A stretch of 64,000 bases of DNA from Deinococcus sp. (GTDB lineage: Bacteria > Deinococcota > Deinococci > Deinococcales > Deinococcaceae), in assembly GCA_965261005.1 (NCBI GenBank), contig OZ253375.1, forward strand, positions 1,664,001 to 1,728,000, in the 5' to 3' direction. The notes beneath the pieces are model-generated. The model saw only the letters and a program-made list of their open reading frames with translations. It was not told the origin of the DNA and ran no database searches. Below are positions 1-10,196 of the stretch, piece by piece. Positions within the stretch are counted from its first letter, which is position 1, and each line of letters opens with the position of its first letter. A program made the translations under genes and the position numbers.

Positions 1-635
1 GCGCGCGCCAAGCCGCTCGCGCGCCGCACCGGCCCCAGCAAGTTCACCAGGGCGGTCAGGTAGTACGGCCCGATGTCGAAGAGCGGCCCGGCCCCCGGCT
101 GGAAAAAGAAGTGCGGGTCGGGATGCCAGCTTTCCGGCCCGCTGCCCAGCATTTGGGCGCTGGCCGCCACCGGAACGCCCAACTCGCCCGCGTCCAGCAC
201 GTCGCGGCAGGTCTGAAGGCCGGCGCCCAGAAAGGTGTCCGGGGCGCAGCCGATCAGCAGGCCGCGCTCACGCGCGAGGTCGAGCAGCGCGCGGGCGGGG
301 GCAAGCTCGGTGCCCAACGGCTTTTCGTTGTAGACGTGTTTGCCGGCCCTGAGGGCGCGCTCGGCAATCTCGGCGTGCACGGCGGGCACGGTCAGGTTGA
401 GGACCAAGTCCACGTTCTCGGCGTTCAGCAGGTCGTCCACGCCGAGCACCCGGGGCACGCCAAACTCACGGGCGCGGGCCTCGGCGCGCTCCGGCAGCGC
501 GTCGGCACAGGCGACCACCTCCGCGCCCGGCCAAGTGGCGAGGTTCTTGAGGTAGATGGGGCTGATGGCGCCGAGGCCGATCACGCCGATGCGGACGGGC
601 GACTGTGTTCGGTCGGTCAGGGCTGGTTCGGTCAA
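1..635 (-). CDS. Gfo/Idh/MocA family oxidoreductase (3' end outside window)
   Basis: Manual translation from TTG at 635: MTEPALTDRTQSPVRIGVIGLGAISPIYL...GKHVYNEKPL...PLFDIGPYY; Rossmann glycine motif and EKP motif. Missing from the ORF track because it has no stop in the window. Confidence 0.88.
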   Translation of the reverse strand, partial: MTEPALTDRTQSPVRIGVIGLGAISPIYLKNLATWPGAEVVACADALPERAEARAREFGVPRVLGVDDLLNAENVDLVLNLTVPAVHAEIAERALRAGKHVYNEKPLGTELAPARALLDLARERGLLIGCAPDTFLGAGLQTCRDVLDAGELGVPVAASAQMLGSGPESWHPDPHFFFQPGAGPLFDIGPYYLTALVNLLGPVRRASGLAR

Positions 636-653
636 GGGAAGCTTCCTCCGCGC

Positions 654-1130
654 TCAGCCTACAGCGTTTGCCTGCTCAAGCCGCTCGACCAGCAGCGTGG
701 CGCCCTCCACCCCAACCACCCGCACCGTCTCCCCCGCCGGCGTGTCCGGGCCGCGCGCCCGCCACACGCTGTCGCCGACCCGCACGCGGCCCACCCCGTT
801 GTGAATGGCCTCGGTCACGGTCAGGCGCCGGCCCAAGTAGCTCAGGCCGCGCTTGCCCAGCAGCTCCCCTTCCGGGTCGGCGCCCACGTTCAGGCGGCCG
901 ACGTAGCGCCGCCCGGCGTACACGCTCAGCACAGCCAGCAAGGCGAACAACAGCAGCTGCGCGCTGACCGGCAGCGGCACCACGAACACGAAGAGGCCGA
1001 CGACAAAGGCGGCGGCGGCCAGCCACACGAACAGGATGCCCGGCGCGGCCAACTCCAGCAGCAAGAGCAGCGCGCCAAAAATCCACCAGTGCCACGGCGC
1101 GATGCGCGCGAAGGACGGCAGCCAGTCCAC
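654..1130 (-). CDS. NfeD/YbbJ family membrane protein
   Basis: Hydrophobic N-half, C-terminal GRVRVGDSVWRARG OB-fold motif, directly after an SPFH gene; start GTG 1130 chosen (track ORF begins 1151). Confidence 0.85.
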   Translation of the reverse strand: MDWLPSFARIAPWHWWIFGALLLLLELAAPGILFVWLAAAAFVVGLFVFVVPLPVSAQLLLFALLAVLSVYAGRRYVGRLNVGADPEGELLGKRGLSYLGRRLTVTEAIHNGVGRVRVGDSVWRARGPDTPAGETVRVVGVEGATLLVERLEQANAVG

Positions 1131-1131
1131 C

Positions 1132-2061
1132 TTATCCGCCGTCTTTCCCAAACGCCTCGCGCGCGATCTCGGCCACGCCGCCGATGGCGCCGATCAGGTT
1201 GGCGGCTTCCAGGGGCAAGAAGAGCACCTTTTGGTTGGGCGCGCTGGCGATCTCGCGCAGGGCGTCCACGTAGCGCTGGGCCACGAAGTAGTTGATGGCC
1301 TGCACGTTGCCGGCCGCGATGGCGCGCGACACCACCTCAGTCGCTTGGGCCTCCGCTTGGGCGCTTCTTTCGCGCGCCTCGGCCTCCAGAAAGGCGGCCT
1401 GACGCAACCCCTCCGCTTCCAATATGGCCGCCTGCTTTTGGCCCTCGGCGGTCAGGATGGCGGCTTGGCGGCGTCCCTCAGCCTCCAGGATGGCGGCGCG
1501 CTTTTCGCGCTCGGCCTTGAGCTGGCGCGCCATGCTCTGCACCAGGTCGGCCGGCGGCTGGATGTCCTTGATCTCGATTCTGGTGATCTTGAGGCCCCAC
1601 GGCTCGGTCGCCTCGTCCACCACCATCAGGAGGCGCGCGTTGATCTCGTCGCGCCGGGACAGCAACTCGTCGAGGTCCATGCTGCCCATCACGGTGCGCA
1701 CGTTGGTCATGGTGAGGTTGAGGGTCGCCTGCTCCAGGTTGCGCACCTCGTAGCTCGCCTTGGGCGCGTCGAGCACTTGGTAAAACACCACGCCGTCCAC
1801 CTTCACCAGGGCGTTGTCCTTGGTGATGATCTCCTGCGAGGGCACGTCGAGGACCTGCTCCATCATGTTGACGCGCCGCCCCACCCGGTCGATAAAGGGC
1901 ACGATGATGTTGAGGCCCGGCCTCAGCGACTTTTGGTACTTGCCGAAGCGCTCCAAGGTCCACTGATACCCCTGCGGCACGCTCTTGACGGCGCCGAATA
2001 GGGTCACGATCACCAAAACGACCACCACGATCACGAACAGGTTGAATCCGTCAATCACCAT
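1132..2061 (-). CDS. SPFH/band 7 (QmcA-like) membrane protein
   Basis: N-terminal [32 protein letters not shown] coiled-coil repeats. Confidence 0.93.
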   Translation of the reverse strand: MVIDGFNLFVIVVVVLVIVTLFGAVKSVPQGYQWTLERFGKYQKSLRPGLNIIVPFIDRVGRRVNMMEQVLDVPSQEIITKDNALVKVDGVVFYQVLDAPKASYEVRNLEQATLNLTMTNVRTVMGSMDLDELLSRRDEINARLLMVVDEATEPWGLKITRIEIKDIQPPADLVQSMARQLKAEREKRAAILEAEGRRQAAILTAEGQKQAAILEAEGLRQAAFLEAEARERSAQAEAQATEVVSRAIAAGNVQAINYFVAQRYVDALREIASAPNQKVLFLPLEAANLIGAIGGVAEIAREAFGKDGG

Positions 2062-2277
2062 CTGCGCCTCCGAGTCCGCCTTAACTCTAGATACGTGCGG
2101 GACGGGTCAGAAGTTGCCAAAGACAGGGCGGCCAAATTCAACTCTACATAAACATATCTTCACCAAAAACTCAGGCTGAGCGCCATCCGGGTGTCATGCT
2201 ACAGACGACAATACACAAAAGCGACATTTTTCACTCATGGGCTGGGATCTCTTGGCGCGGAAAGGGTGGGAAGGGCA

Positions 2278-2690
2278 ATGAAGAACCGCAGGGGGCCGGT
2301 ATGGGGAGTGGTCGGGTTGCCGCTGGTGTTGCTGGCCTGCGGGCAGACGCCCACCCCGGCAGAACGTGACCCCTACGCCGGTCCCGGTCATCCTTGAACA
2401 GACACCACTCCTGCCGGCCGGCTCATGCCGCTCAGCCTCATGCCCGGCACCAACACCCTTTGCAACAGGACGCGAAAGTTGTGGTGGCGGGCTGCAACCT
2501 GTATGACAACTCCGCGACAGGTCAGGGGAAGAAGACATCGTTGATCTTGCGGCTCCGGCCGGACGGCGGCGCGGACCCTTCCTTTGGCGACGCTGGCGCC
2601 GTCACCGTGCAGGACAACCGCGACGTGAATATCCAGCCAGGCGGCAAGCTTCTGGTGGGCCTCGACCCCGTCGTGCGCCTGTTCCCCTAG
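2278..2690 (+). pseudogene. Degraded lipoprotein (lipobox N-terminus joined to a delta-60-like beta-propeller fragment)
   Basis: MKNRR...LVLLACGQ lipobox, in-frame TGA at 2395-2397, continues TDTTPAGRLMPLSLMPGTNTL, then shifts frame to LQQDAKVVVAG...RLRPDGGADPSFG...IQPGGKLLV. Confidence 0.65.
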
Positions 2691-2810
2691 CGTCAGCACC
2701 CTCTGCAAGAACGTCCCGCTCGGGACGTTCTCTCTTTGTTAAGGGGCGGGCCACCCTGCGCCTCATATATGGGCTAAGGCGGCTCGGTTTAAACTCCGCC
2801 ATGAACGCCG

Positions 2811-2843
2811 ATGACTTAGCCCCAACGTATTAGGCTAAGTCAT
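2811..2843. promoter_or_regulatory. 11-bp inverted repeat (probable antitoxin operator) overlapping a -10 box and the start codon
   Basis: ATGACTTAGCC (2811-2821) and GGCTAAGTCAT (2833-2843); TAGGCT lies 5 nt before the ATG. Confidence 0.65.
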
Positions 2844-3102
2844 GACCACACCGGACCCGAAGACGGTTAACATCCACGAGGCCAAGACTCACTTTTCCAA
2901 ATTGGTTGAGGAGGTTTTGTTGGGTCGAGAAATTATCATTGCCAGGGCAGGAACGCCCGTGATGAAGTTTGTCCCGCTCGACACGCCGACCAAAACTCGG
3001 CGTCCCCTCGGACAACACCGGGGAACGACACCGCTTAGTGATGAAGAGGTGGCCGAAAGCTTGAGACCGCTTGATGACGAGGAATTGCGGCATTGGGAAT
3101 GA
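2842..3102 (+). CDS. Phd/YefM family antitoxin
   Basis: VNIHEAKTHFSKLVEEV..GREIIIARAGTPV signature. Confidence 0.92.
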   Translation: MTTPDPKTVNIHEAKTHFSKLVEEVLLGREIIIARAGTPVMKFVPLDTPTKTRRPLGQHRGTTPLSDEEVAESLRPLDDEELRHWE

Positions 3103-3215
3103 GGTTGCTGCTCGACACCCATACCCTGCTTTGGGCGACCAAAGAGCCAGAACTCCTCTCCATAAAAGCAGCTGACCTCATCTCCGACACGGCCAACACT
3201 GTACTGGTCAGCGCG
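3099..3215 (+). pseudogene. Truncated PIN-domain (VapC-like) toxin
   Basis: ATGA overlap with the antitoxin; MRLLLDTHTLLW...TVLVSAS, then runs into the antisense of prfC; most of the PIN domain is missing. Confidence 0.85.
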
Positions 3216-4812
3216 TCACCACCGTCAAGTCCTTCGGCTGCGGCAGGAACTCCAAGTCCGGCTGTTGCTTTTCGGTGTACTCCAAGTCCCACTGGCTGGT
3301 GAAGAGCATCACCGGGCGGCCGGCGTCGTCCTCGACGTGCTTGGCGAAGCGGGCCAGCTTTTCCGGCTCGCCGTCCACCCAGCGCACGACCTTGTAATTG
3401 GTGGGGGTGGTCAGCAGTTCCACGCCGTACTCCTCGCGCATGCGGTGCTCGAAGACCTCGAACTGAAGCTGGCCGACCGCGCCGATCAGGGGATCACGGG
3501 CGCCGTCGGTGGGGTAAAAGGCTTGCACCACGCCTTCCTCGGCCAGCTGCTCCAAGCCCTTGCGAAAGGCCTTGCGCTTGCTGACGTCCTTTGGACCGAC
3601 CGAGACGAAGTGCTCGGGCGTGAAGCGCGGAAATCCCTCCAGCCGCGCCGCCTTGTTCAGGCTGACCACGTCGCCGATGCGGAAGACGCCGGGGTTGACC
3701 AAACCGACGATGTCGCCGGGGTAGGCGACCTCGACGCTTTCGCGCTCCTGGGCGAAGAGGGTGTGGGCGCGCGACAACCTCAGCTCGCGCCCGGTGCGGG
3801 TGTGCGTCACCTCCATGCCGCGCTCGAAGCGCCCGGTCGCCACCCGCATAAAGGCGGTGCGGTCGCGGTGGTGCTTGCTCATGTTGGCCTGGAGCTTGAA
3901 CACGAAGCCGGTGAAGGGGGCGTCCGGCGCCAACTCGCCCGCCGTCGTCTCCAGCGCGCCCGGACACGGCGCGAGGTCCACGAAACGGCCCAGGAAGTGC
4001 TCGACGCCGAAGTTGGTGATGGCCGACCCGAAGAAAACCGGCGTCACCTCGCCGCGCAGAAAGGCCGCCTCGTCGAAGGGTTCCACGGCGCCCTCGATCA
4101 GCTCCACGTCCTCCCTGAGTTTGGCGTGCCGCTCGGCGCCCACCAGGTCCGTCAGCGAGGGATCGTCCACGTTGGTCACGCTGACGGGGGCGCGTGACTT
4201 GCCCTTCGTGACGCGCTCGAACAGCAAGACGCGCTTCCCCTCCAAATCGTAGACGCCGCGAAAGTCGGGGCCGTCGCCGATGGGCCAAGTCAGCGGCACG
4301 GCGCGAATCGCCAAGCTGTGTTCAATCTGCTCCAGCAACTCGAAGGGGTCGAGGGCCGGGCGGTCGAGCTTGTTCACAAAGGTCAGGATGGGAATGCCCC
4401 GGTTGCGGCACACCGCGAACAGCTTCTCGGTCTGCGCCTGCACGCCTCTGGCCGCGTCGAGGACCATCAGCGCGGAGTCGGCGGCGGTGAGGGTGCGGAA
4501 GGTGTCCTCGGAAAAGTCTTGGTGGCCGGGCGTGTCGAGCAAGTTGACGTGGCGCCCGGCGTACTCGAACGACAAGGCGCTCGACGTGATCGAGATGCCG
4601 CGCTGCTGCTCCATGCTCATCCAGTCGGACTTGGCGTGCGCGCTCCCCTCCTTGGCGGTGACGCTGCCCGCCTCCAGAATGGCGCCGCCGTACAGCAGCA
4701 ACTTTTCGGTGATGGTGGTTTTGCCGGCGTCCGGGTGCGAGATGATGGCAAAGGTGCGGCGCCGCGCGATTTCATGTTCTAGTTCTGGCTGGACGAGTTC
4801 AAGCTGTTCCAT
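3208..4812 (-). CDS. prfC: Peptide chain release factor 3
   Basis: [48 protein letters not shown]. Confidence 0.97.
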   Translation of the reverse strand: MEQLELVQPELEHEIARRRTFAIISHPDAGKTTITEKLLLYGGAILEAGSVTAKEGSAHAKSDWMSMEQQRGISITSSALSFEYAGRHVNLLDTPGHQDFSEDTFRTLTAADSALMVLDAARGVQAQTEKLFAVCRNRGIPILTFVNKLDRPALDPFELLEQIEHSLAIRAVPLTWPIGDGPDFRGVYDLEGKRVLLFERVTKGKSRAPVSVTNVDDPSLTDLVGAERHAKLREDVELIEGAVEPFDEAAFLRGEVTPVFFGSAITNFGVEHFLGRFVDLAPCPGALETTAGELAPDAPFTGFVFKLQANMSKHHRDRTAFMRVATGRFERGMEVTHTRTGRELRLSRAHTLFAQERESVEVAYPGDIVGLVNPGVFRIGDVVSLNKAARLEGFPRFTPEHFVSVGPKDVSKRKAFRKGLEQLAEEGVVQAFYPTDGARDPLIGAVGQLQFEVFEHRMREEYGVELLTTPTNYKVVRWVDGEPEKLARFAKHVEDDAGRPVMLFTSQWDLEYTEKQQPDLEFLPQPKDLTVVTR

Positions 4813-4821
4813 GAGCGCTCC

Positions 4822-4851
4822 AAAGAAAAACACCCGCCGCTGGGCAGGTGT
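4822..4851 (-). terminator. Intrinsic terminator-like hairpin in the prfC 5' leader
   Basis: Minus strand CACCTGCC-CAGC-GGCGGGTG followed by TTTTTCTTT, ending about 10 nt before the prfC ATG. Confidence 0.65.
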
Positions 4852-4895
4852 GAGCCGGAGGGCGCCCTTTACAGGTAGGCGCCTCCGGGCGAGGG

Positions 4896-4958
4896 TCAGT
4901 GCTGTGCGGGTGAAGGCGCGCCGGCAATAAAAAGAAAAAGTTGTGGGGCGCGCGTCAT
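4896..4958 (-). CDS. Putative leaderless leader peptide [20 protein letters not shown] upstream of prfC
   Basis: TATACT (4970-4965), 6 nt, ATG; 20 codons; stop TGA followed by C. Confidence 0.55.
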   Translation of the reverse strand: MTRAPQLFLFIAGAPSPAQH

Positions 4959-5008
4959 GGGGTCAGTATACAGGATGATCCCCACCCCAACCCTTTTTGC
5001 CGTCCCGG

Positions 5009-6046
5009 TCAGCTTTCCACGACCTCGCCGAGGGGCACCGGCCGCCCTTCCCGCGCGCTTTCGTAGCTCGCCAAGATCAGGCGCACCGCCTCGCGCCCGT
5101 CCTCCCCGGTGCAGACGACCGGGCGCTCGCCGCGAATCGCCTCCAAAAACTCCACCACGTTGCGCGCGTGGGCTTCCAAGCCGGCGAAACGGTAGACCGC
5201 CACGTCCTGACCGCCCCAATCGGTGCCGGGCGAATCGCGAAAGACGTGGCGCATCTCGGGCGTGCCCGTGCGGTTGGTGTACTCCAGCGCGCCCTTTGTG
5301 CCGTAAATCCAAAAGGCCTCTTCCCAGCCGGTGGCGGTCCAAGCGTTCTCGACGCTGCCGAGGGCGCCCGACTCGAACTGAAGCGAGACCAGCGAGGTGT
5401 CCTCCACCTCCACCTCGAAACCGAGGGTGGCGGTGCGGGCGAACACGTCCCGCACGTTGCCGCCGAAAAAGCGCGCCAGGTCCATCATGTGGCTGCCGTT
5501 GTCGAGCAGGGTGCCGCCCCCCGAGCTGGCGAAGGTCCGAAACGAGGCCCGCACCTCGCCGCCGCCCCAGTCGTGCGCCTGGCGCAGTCGAATAAAGGTG
5601 ACCCGCCCGAGCTGCCCCGTCTCGATCATGCGCTTCGCCTTTTCCGCGTGGGCGTTCGAGCGCAGGTGGTGGCCGATCTGCAAGACCACGCCGGCCTCAC
5701 GACAGGCGGCGATCATCTCGTCGGCCTGCCCGAGCGACATGGAGATCGGCTTTTCGCACAGGACGTGCTTGCCCGCCCGCGCCGCCGCCAGGGTCGCGGG
5801 AAAGTGCAGGGCGTTGGGCAAACAGACGCTGACGGCCTCCACCTCCGGGTCGGCGCAGAGGGCTTCAAAGTCGGCGTAGCCGCGCGGCACGTTCCACTGG
5901 GCCTGGGCGCGGGCGAGCGTCTCCGGGTCGGCGTCGGCGACCGCGACCACCTGAGCGCCGCCCGCCGCGTAGCCCGCGAAGTGAAAGCGCGACACGCCCC
6001 CGCCGCCGATGACGCCGACCTTCATGCCGGCTCCGGGCAGGGTCAC
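5009..6046 (-). CDS. Gfo/Idh/MocA family oxidoreductase
   Basis: [35 protein letters not shown] overlap with the upstream ThuA gene. Confidence 0.92.
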   Translation of the reverse strand: MTLPGAGMKVGVIGGGGVSRFHFAGYAAGGAQVVAVADADPETLARAQAQWNVPRGYADFEALCADPEVEAVSVCLPNALHFPATLAAARAGKHVLCEKPISMSLGQADEMIAACREAGVVLQIGHHLRSNAHAEKAKRMIETGQLGRVTFIRLRQAHDWGGGEVRASFRTFASSGGGTLLDNGSHMMDLARFFGGNVRDVFARTATLGFEVEVEDTSLVSLQFESGALGSVENAWTATGWEEAFWIYGTKGALEYTNRTGTPEMRHVFRDSPGTDWGGQDVAVYRFAGLEAHARNVVEFLEAIRGERPVVCTGEDGREAVRLILASYESAREGRPVPLGEVVES

Positions 6047-6783
6047 GCCGTCTCCCCCTCGATGGGCGGGCGGTTGCCAAAGGCGCGCGGCGCGCCGGGG
6101 GTGGGGGCGGCCCAGCGCACGGCGTTCTCGATCACCCGCTGAATCTCCGGGTTGTGGTAGGTCGGGTAGGTCTCGTGGCCGGGGCGGAAGTAAAAGATTT
6201 TGCCGCTGCCGCGCGTGTAGCACGCTCCCGAGCGAAACAGCTCACCGCCCGAGAACCAGCTGAGAAACACCAGCGTCTCGGGCGGGGGCACGTCGAAGAA
6301 CTCGCCGTACATCTCCTCGCTTGGCAGCTCGATGGTCTCGCCCAGGCCCTGCGCGATGGGGTGGCCGGGGGCCACGACCCACAGCCGCTCGTGGTCGTCC
6401 CCCTCACGCCACTTGAGGTCGCAGCCCGTGCCCATCAGCTTCCTGAAGATCTTGGAGAAGTGCGCGGAGTGCAGCGCGATCAGGCCCATGCCGTCCAGCA
6501 CGCGCCCATAGACGCGCTCGACGATTTCATCCGCCACCTCGCCGTGCGCCAGGTGACCCCACCACACCAGTACGTCGGTCCTGTCCAGCACCTCCTCCGT
6601 CAAACCGTGCTCGGGTTCGTCGAGGGTGGCGGTGCGCGTCTCGATGCCGGCCTCACGCAGGGCGCCCGCGATGGTCGCGTGCATGCCGTCCGGGTAGATT
6701 TCTTGCACCTTGGGGTTCTTGCGCTCGTGCCGGAACTCGTTCCAGACGGTGACGCGGGGGGGACTGCTGGGGGTTTCTGGCAT
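6043..6783 (-). CDS. thuA: ThuA-like (trehalose utilisation) protein
   Basis: [39 protein letters not shown]. Confidence 0.9.
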   Translation of the reverse strand: MPETPSSPPRVTVWNEFRHERKNPKVQEIYPDGMHATIAGALREAGIETRTATLDEPEHGLTEEVLDRTDVLVWWGHLAHGEVADEIVERVYGRVLDGMGLIALHSAHFSKIFRKLMGTGCDLKWREGDDHERLWVVAPGHPIAQGLGETIELPSEEMYGEFFDVPPPETLVFLSWFSGGELFRSGACYTRGSGKIFYFRPGHETYPTYHNPEIQRVIENAVRWAAPTPGAPRAFGNRPPIEGETA

Positions 6784-6840
6784 GTCCCGCCCAGCCTACA
6801 GCGCGCACGAAAAGCGGGAACGGGGCTGGCACAAAGCGGC

Positions 6841-8106
6841 CTACACCGATCCTTTAATCCGCACGATGGCGCGAAAGTCGTTCACGTTGGTCCCGGTCGG
6901 CCCGGTCACGACCAAGTCGCCCAGCCGCCCGAAAAAGCCGTGGGCGTCGCTGGCCTCCAGAAAGGCGCGCGGGTCCAGACCCGATTCTTGCGCCCGGTCC
7001 AAGGTGTCCGGCGTCAGCACGGCCCCGGCCGCAAAGCTCGACCCGTCTATGCCGTCAGTGTCGGCGGCCAGGGCGAAAAAAGGGGCGCCCCCCAGTTCGA
7101 GGGCGAGGGCCAGCAGAAACTCCAGGTTGCGCCCACCTCGCCCGGCCCCCTTGCCGACGACGGTGGTGGTCTCGCCCCCCGACAGCAGCGCCTCGCCGGG
7201 GCCAAGCTTCAGAGCTTCCCGCGCGTGCGCCCGCGCCGCCGCCCGCGACGGCCCCTCGATCTCGTCGCTGAGAAGTCGGGCCGGCACGTTCTTCTCCACC
7301 AAAAAGCCCTGAGCCGCCCCCAACGCCGCCCTGTTCGTCACGATCAAACGGTTCTCGACCCGCTCAAACACCGGGTCGCCCGGCTTCGGCGTTTCCGGCA
7401 GCTCGCCCTCGGCGCCACGCAGCAGGTGACGCCGCGCCGCCGGGGCCGCGATCCCGTAGCGTTCCAGAATCACCAGCGCCTCCATAAAGGTGCTGCGGTC
7501 GGGCGCCGTCGGGCCGGAGGCGACCGTGCTCAGGTCGTCGCCCACCACGTCCGAGACGATCAGGCTGACCACCTTGGCCGGCATACACGCCCGCGCCAAC
7601 TGCCCGCCCTTCACGCGCGACAGGTGTTTGCGCACGGCGTTGATCTGATGAATGCTGGCCCCGCTCGCCAGCAGGTCCACGCTCAGGGCCGCCTTTTCCT
7701 CCAGCGTCACGCCCCACGGCGCGCTCAGCAGGGCCGAGCCGCCGCCCGACAGCAGGCACAGCACCAGGTCGTCGCGCGTGAGATCAGAAACGGCGGCCAA
7801 AATCTCTCCTGCGGCCCGCGCGCCGGCCCCATCTGGCACGGGATGGGCGGCCTCCAGCACCCGGACGTGCTGCGGCGGTTCGCCAGTGTGACCGTAACCA
7901 GTGTGGCCGTAAGGCGTCACGACCACCCCGGAGAGCGGCCCGTCCCAAGCGGCCTCCAAGGCGCGCGCCATGCCCGCCGCCGCCTTGCCCGCCCCCACCA
8001 CAACTGTCTTGCCGAACGGTTTCGGCGGCAGGTGGGCGGCCAGCACCCGCTCCGGCCGGGCCGCGTCCACCGCCGCCCGCAAGGCGCCCAGCAGGATGTC
8101 ACGCAC
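6841..8106 (-). CDS. Glycerate 2-kinase (MOFRL/TtuD type)
   Basis: VVGAGKAA, LLSGGGSALL, SDVVGDD, SGGETT, GPTGTNVND. Confidence 0.93.
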   Translation of the reverse strand: MRDILLGALRAAVDAARPERVLAAHLPPKPFGKTVVVGAGKAAAGMARALEAAWDGPLSGVVVTPYGHTGYGHTGEPPQHVRVLEAAHPVPDGAGARAAGEILAAVSDLTRDDLVLCLLSGGGSALLSAPWGVTLEEKAALSVDLLASGASIHQINAVRKHLSRVKGGQLARACMPAKVVSLIVSDVVGDDLSTVASGPTAPDRSTFMEALVILERYGIAAPAARRHLLRGAEGELPETPKPGDPVFERVENRLIVTNRAALGAAQGFLVEKNVPARLLSDEIEGPSRAAARAHAREALKLGPGEALLSGGETTTVVGKGAGRGGRNLEFLLALALELGGAPFFALAADTDGIDGSSFAAGAVLTPDTLDRAQESGLDPRAFLEASDAHGFFGRLGDLVVTGPTGTNVNDFRAIVRIKGSV

Positions 8107-8191
8107 GTTCAGCTTCCTCCCACGCTGCACGCAGTCTATTCACAAGTGCCCCCCAGCAAGTTCACACCGGCGCATGAGACGCTGGACTCCT

Positions 8192-9166
8192 ATGACGCTT
8201 TCCTTTCGCGCGGCGCTGCTGCTCGGCGCGCTGACTTTATCCGGCGCTGCCCACGCCCAGCAGGGCAAACCCGATCCCCAGGGCCTCAACATCGAGACCA
8301 TGCGGGAACAGAGCTATCTCGGCAGCGCCATCACCATTGAGCGCACCCTCAAGGCCGGCACCAACTACAAGCGCTACGTCGCCTCCTACACGTCGCAGGG
8401 CCTCAAGATCAACGCCCTCTTGACCGTGCCGAACGGCACCCCGCCCCAGGGGGGCTGGCCGGCCATCATCTTCAACCACGGCTACATTCCGCCCAACGTG
8501 TACCGCACGACCGAGCGCTACGTGGCCTACCAAGACGCCTTTGCCAGAAACGGCTTCGTCACCTTCAAGTCGGATTATCGGGGGCACGGCAGCTCGCAGG
8601 GGGAGGCGGTCAGCGCCTACTGGTCGCCCGCCGACACCGCCGACGTGCTGAACGCCACCGCCAGCATTCAGAAATACAAGAACGTCAACCCAGAGCGCAT
8701 CGGCATGTGGGGCCACTCGATGGGCGGCAACATCACCCTGCGCGCCATGGTGGTGGACCCGAACATCAAGGCCGGCGTGATTTGGGGTGGCGTGGTCGCC
8801 CCCTACAGCGACATCCTGAACAACTGGACCCACCGCCCCGGCGCCGAAGCCCCGCCGCCGAACGCCAGAAAGAACCGCCAAGAGATTCTGGCGAAGTTCG
8901 GCACGCCGAAGTCCAACCCCGACTTTTGGAACGCCATTGACCCGACCAGCTTCTTAAAGGACCTGAACGGCCGCCCCATCCAGATTCACCACAGCACCAC
9001 CGACGAGGAGGTGCCCTACGCTTTCGGCACGACCCTGTCCAAAAAGCTCAAGGCGGAGGGCGAGAACGCGACCTTTTTTGCCTACCCCGGCGACAACCAC
9101 AACATCAGCAAGAACCTGAGTACGGCCCTGAGAAGATCGGTGGAGTTCTTTAAAAAGAACCTCTGA
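8192..9166 (+). CDS. Secreted alpha/beta hydrolase (S9 peptidase-like)
   Basis: Signal peptide ending AHA, DYRGHG, GMWGHSMGG nucleophile, later Asp and His. Confidence 0.88.
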   Translation: MTLSFRAALLLGALTLSGAAHAQQGKPDPQGLNIETMREQSYLGSAITIERTLKAGTNYKRYVASYTSQGLKINALLTVPNGTPPQGGWPAIIFNHGYIPPNVYRTTERYVAYQDAFARNGFVTFKSDYRGHGSSQGEAVSAYWSPADTADVLNATASIQKYKNVNPERIGMWGHSMGGNITLRAMVVDPNIKAGVIWGGVVAPYSDILNNWTHRPGAEAPPPNARKNRQEILAKFGTPKSNPDFWNAIDPTSFLKDLNGRPIQIHHSTTDEEVPYAFGTTLSKKLKAEGENATFFAYPGDNHNISKNLSTALRRSVEFFKKNL

Positions 9167-9171
9167 GCGTA

Positions 9172-9210
9172 CCCCTCACCCCAACCCCTCTCCCGCAAGG
9201 GGAGAGGGGC
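9172..9210 (+). repeat. Intergenic palindromic repeat, copy 1 (CCCCTCACCCC..CCCCTCTCCCGCAAGGGGAGAGGGG)
   Basis: Near-identical copies at 19947-19987, 24680-24720 and 44141-44178. Confidence 0.85.
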
Positions 9211-9216
9211 TTTTCA

Positions 9217-10092
9217 CTACAGGATCGGGCCGCGTTCCAGCCAGTTCAGCAGCAGGCGCGTCACGGCCCCCGGGGCGTCGTGCTGGACGAAGTGGCCCGC
9301 TTCCGGCAGCGTGACCAGGGTGTAATCCTTTCCCATCCATAGCCAGGTGTCGTTGAGGGTGGCGGGCAACAAGGCCCCGTCCAGCAGGCCGTGAATTTGT
9401 AGGATGGGCACCGTGATCTTCTCCACCGGCCGCGTGCTCTCCCGGTACGGCTCCTGGGCGAAGTTCTGCTTGTGGTAATTCAGCATGGCCCCGAAGTCGC
9501 TTCGGCCCAGCGCCTCGCGGTAGCGCCCTCTGGCCGCGTCGTCCCTCACCCAGGAGATCAGGCGTTCCAGCTCGATCTCCTCGTGCGCCCCCTCCCGCTG
9601 GAAGCGGCGGGCGTAGGCGCTGGCCTCCCGCTGGGCCAGGTTGTGGGTCAGCTCGCGGGCGAGGGCGCGCGGGTGGGGCAGGTTGAGGATGACCAGCCGC
9701 TCGACCAGCTCGGGACGGCGCAGGGCGAACTGCCAAGCGACGGCCCCGCCCCAGTCGTGCCCGACCAGGGTGACGGGGCCGCCGCCGAGGTCCTGGGTCA
9801 CGGCCGCCACGTCCTCCAAGAGGCGCGGCATGGTGTAGCGCTCGCCCCCCTGCGGCTGCCCGCTCAGGTTGTAGCCGCGCAAGTCGGGCGCGGCCACCTT
9901 GTAGCCCGCCCCGGCCAGCGCCGGCATCTGGTGGCGCCAGGTGTACCAGTAGTCGGGAAAGCCGTGCAGCATCACCACCGGCGCCCCCTCACCCAGGGCG
10001 GCGTAGTGAAGGCGAACGTCGCCGCTCTGGACGAAGTGGTGGGAGACGCGGTCTTCGAGTTCGCTGGGTTCGAGGTCGGCGGCTTGGGTCAT
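9217..10092 (-). CDS. Alpha/beta hydrolase (epoxide hydrolase-like)
   Basis: LHGFPD, PDLRGYN, GHDWGG, GHFVQHD. Confidence 0.92.
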   Translation of the reverse strand: MTQAADLEPSELEDRVSHHFVQSGDVRLHYAALGEGAPVVMLHGFPDYWYTWRHQMPALAGAGYKVAAPDLRGYNLSGQPQGGERYTMPRLLEDVAAVTQDLGGGPVTLVGHDWGGAVAWQFALRRPELVERLVILNLPHPRALARELTHNLAQREASAYARRFQREGAHEEIELERLISWVRDDAARGRYREALGRSDFGAMLNYHKQNFAQEPYRESTRPVEKITVPILQIHGLLDGALLPATLNDTWLWMGKDYTLVTLPEAGHFVQHDAPGAVTRLLLNWLERGPIL

Positions 10093-10112
10093 GCCGTATT
10101 GTGGTCCTGATT

Positions 10113-10196
10113 TTAGGAGCCGCGCTGCCCGGCAAGCCCACAATCAAAGTCGCCCCAGCGCGCGGCTTGGGGCGACAGGCGGGTTATGAACATCAT
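10113..10196 (-). pseudogene. 27-aa stub of a GNAT toxin
   Basis: MMFITRLSPQAARWGDFDCG matches the N-terminus RLSPHATRWGDFNCG of the GNAT at 44408; ATGA overlap with the upstream small gene. Confidence 0.8.
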
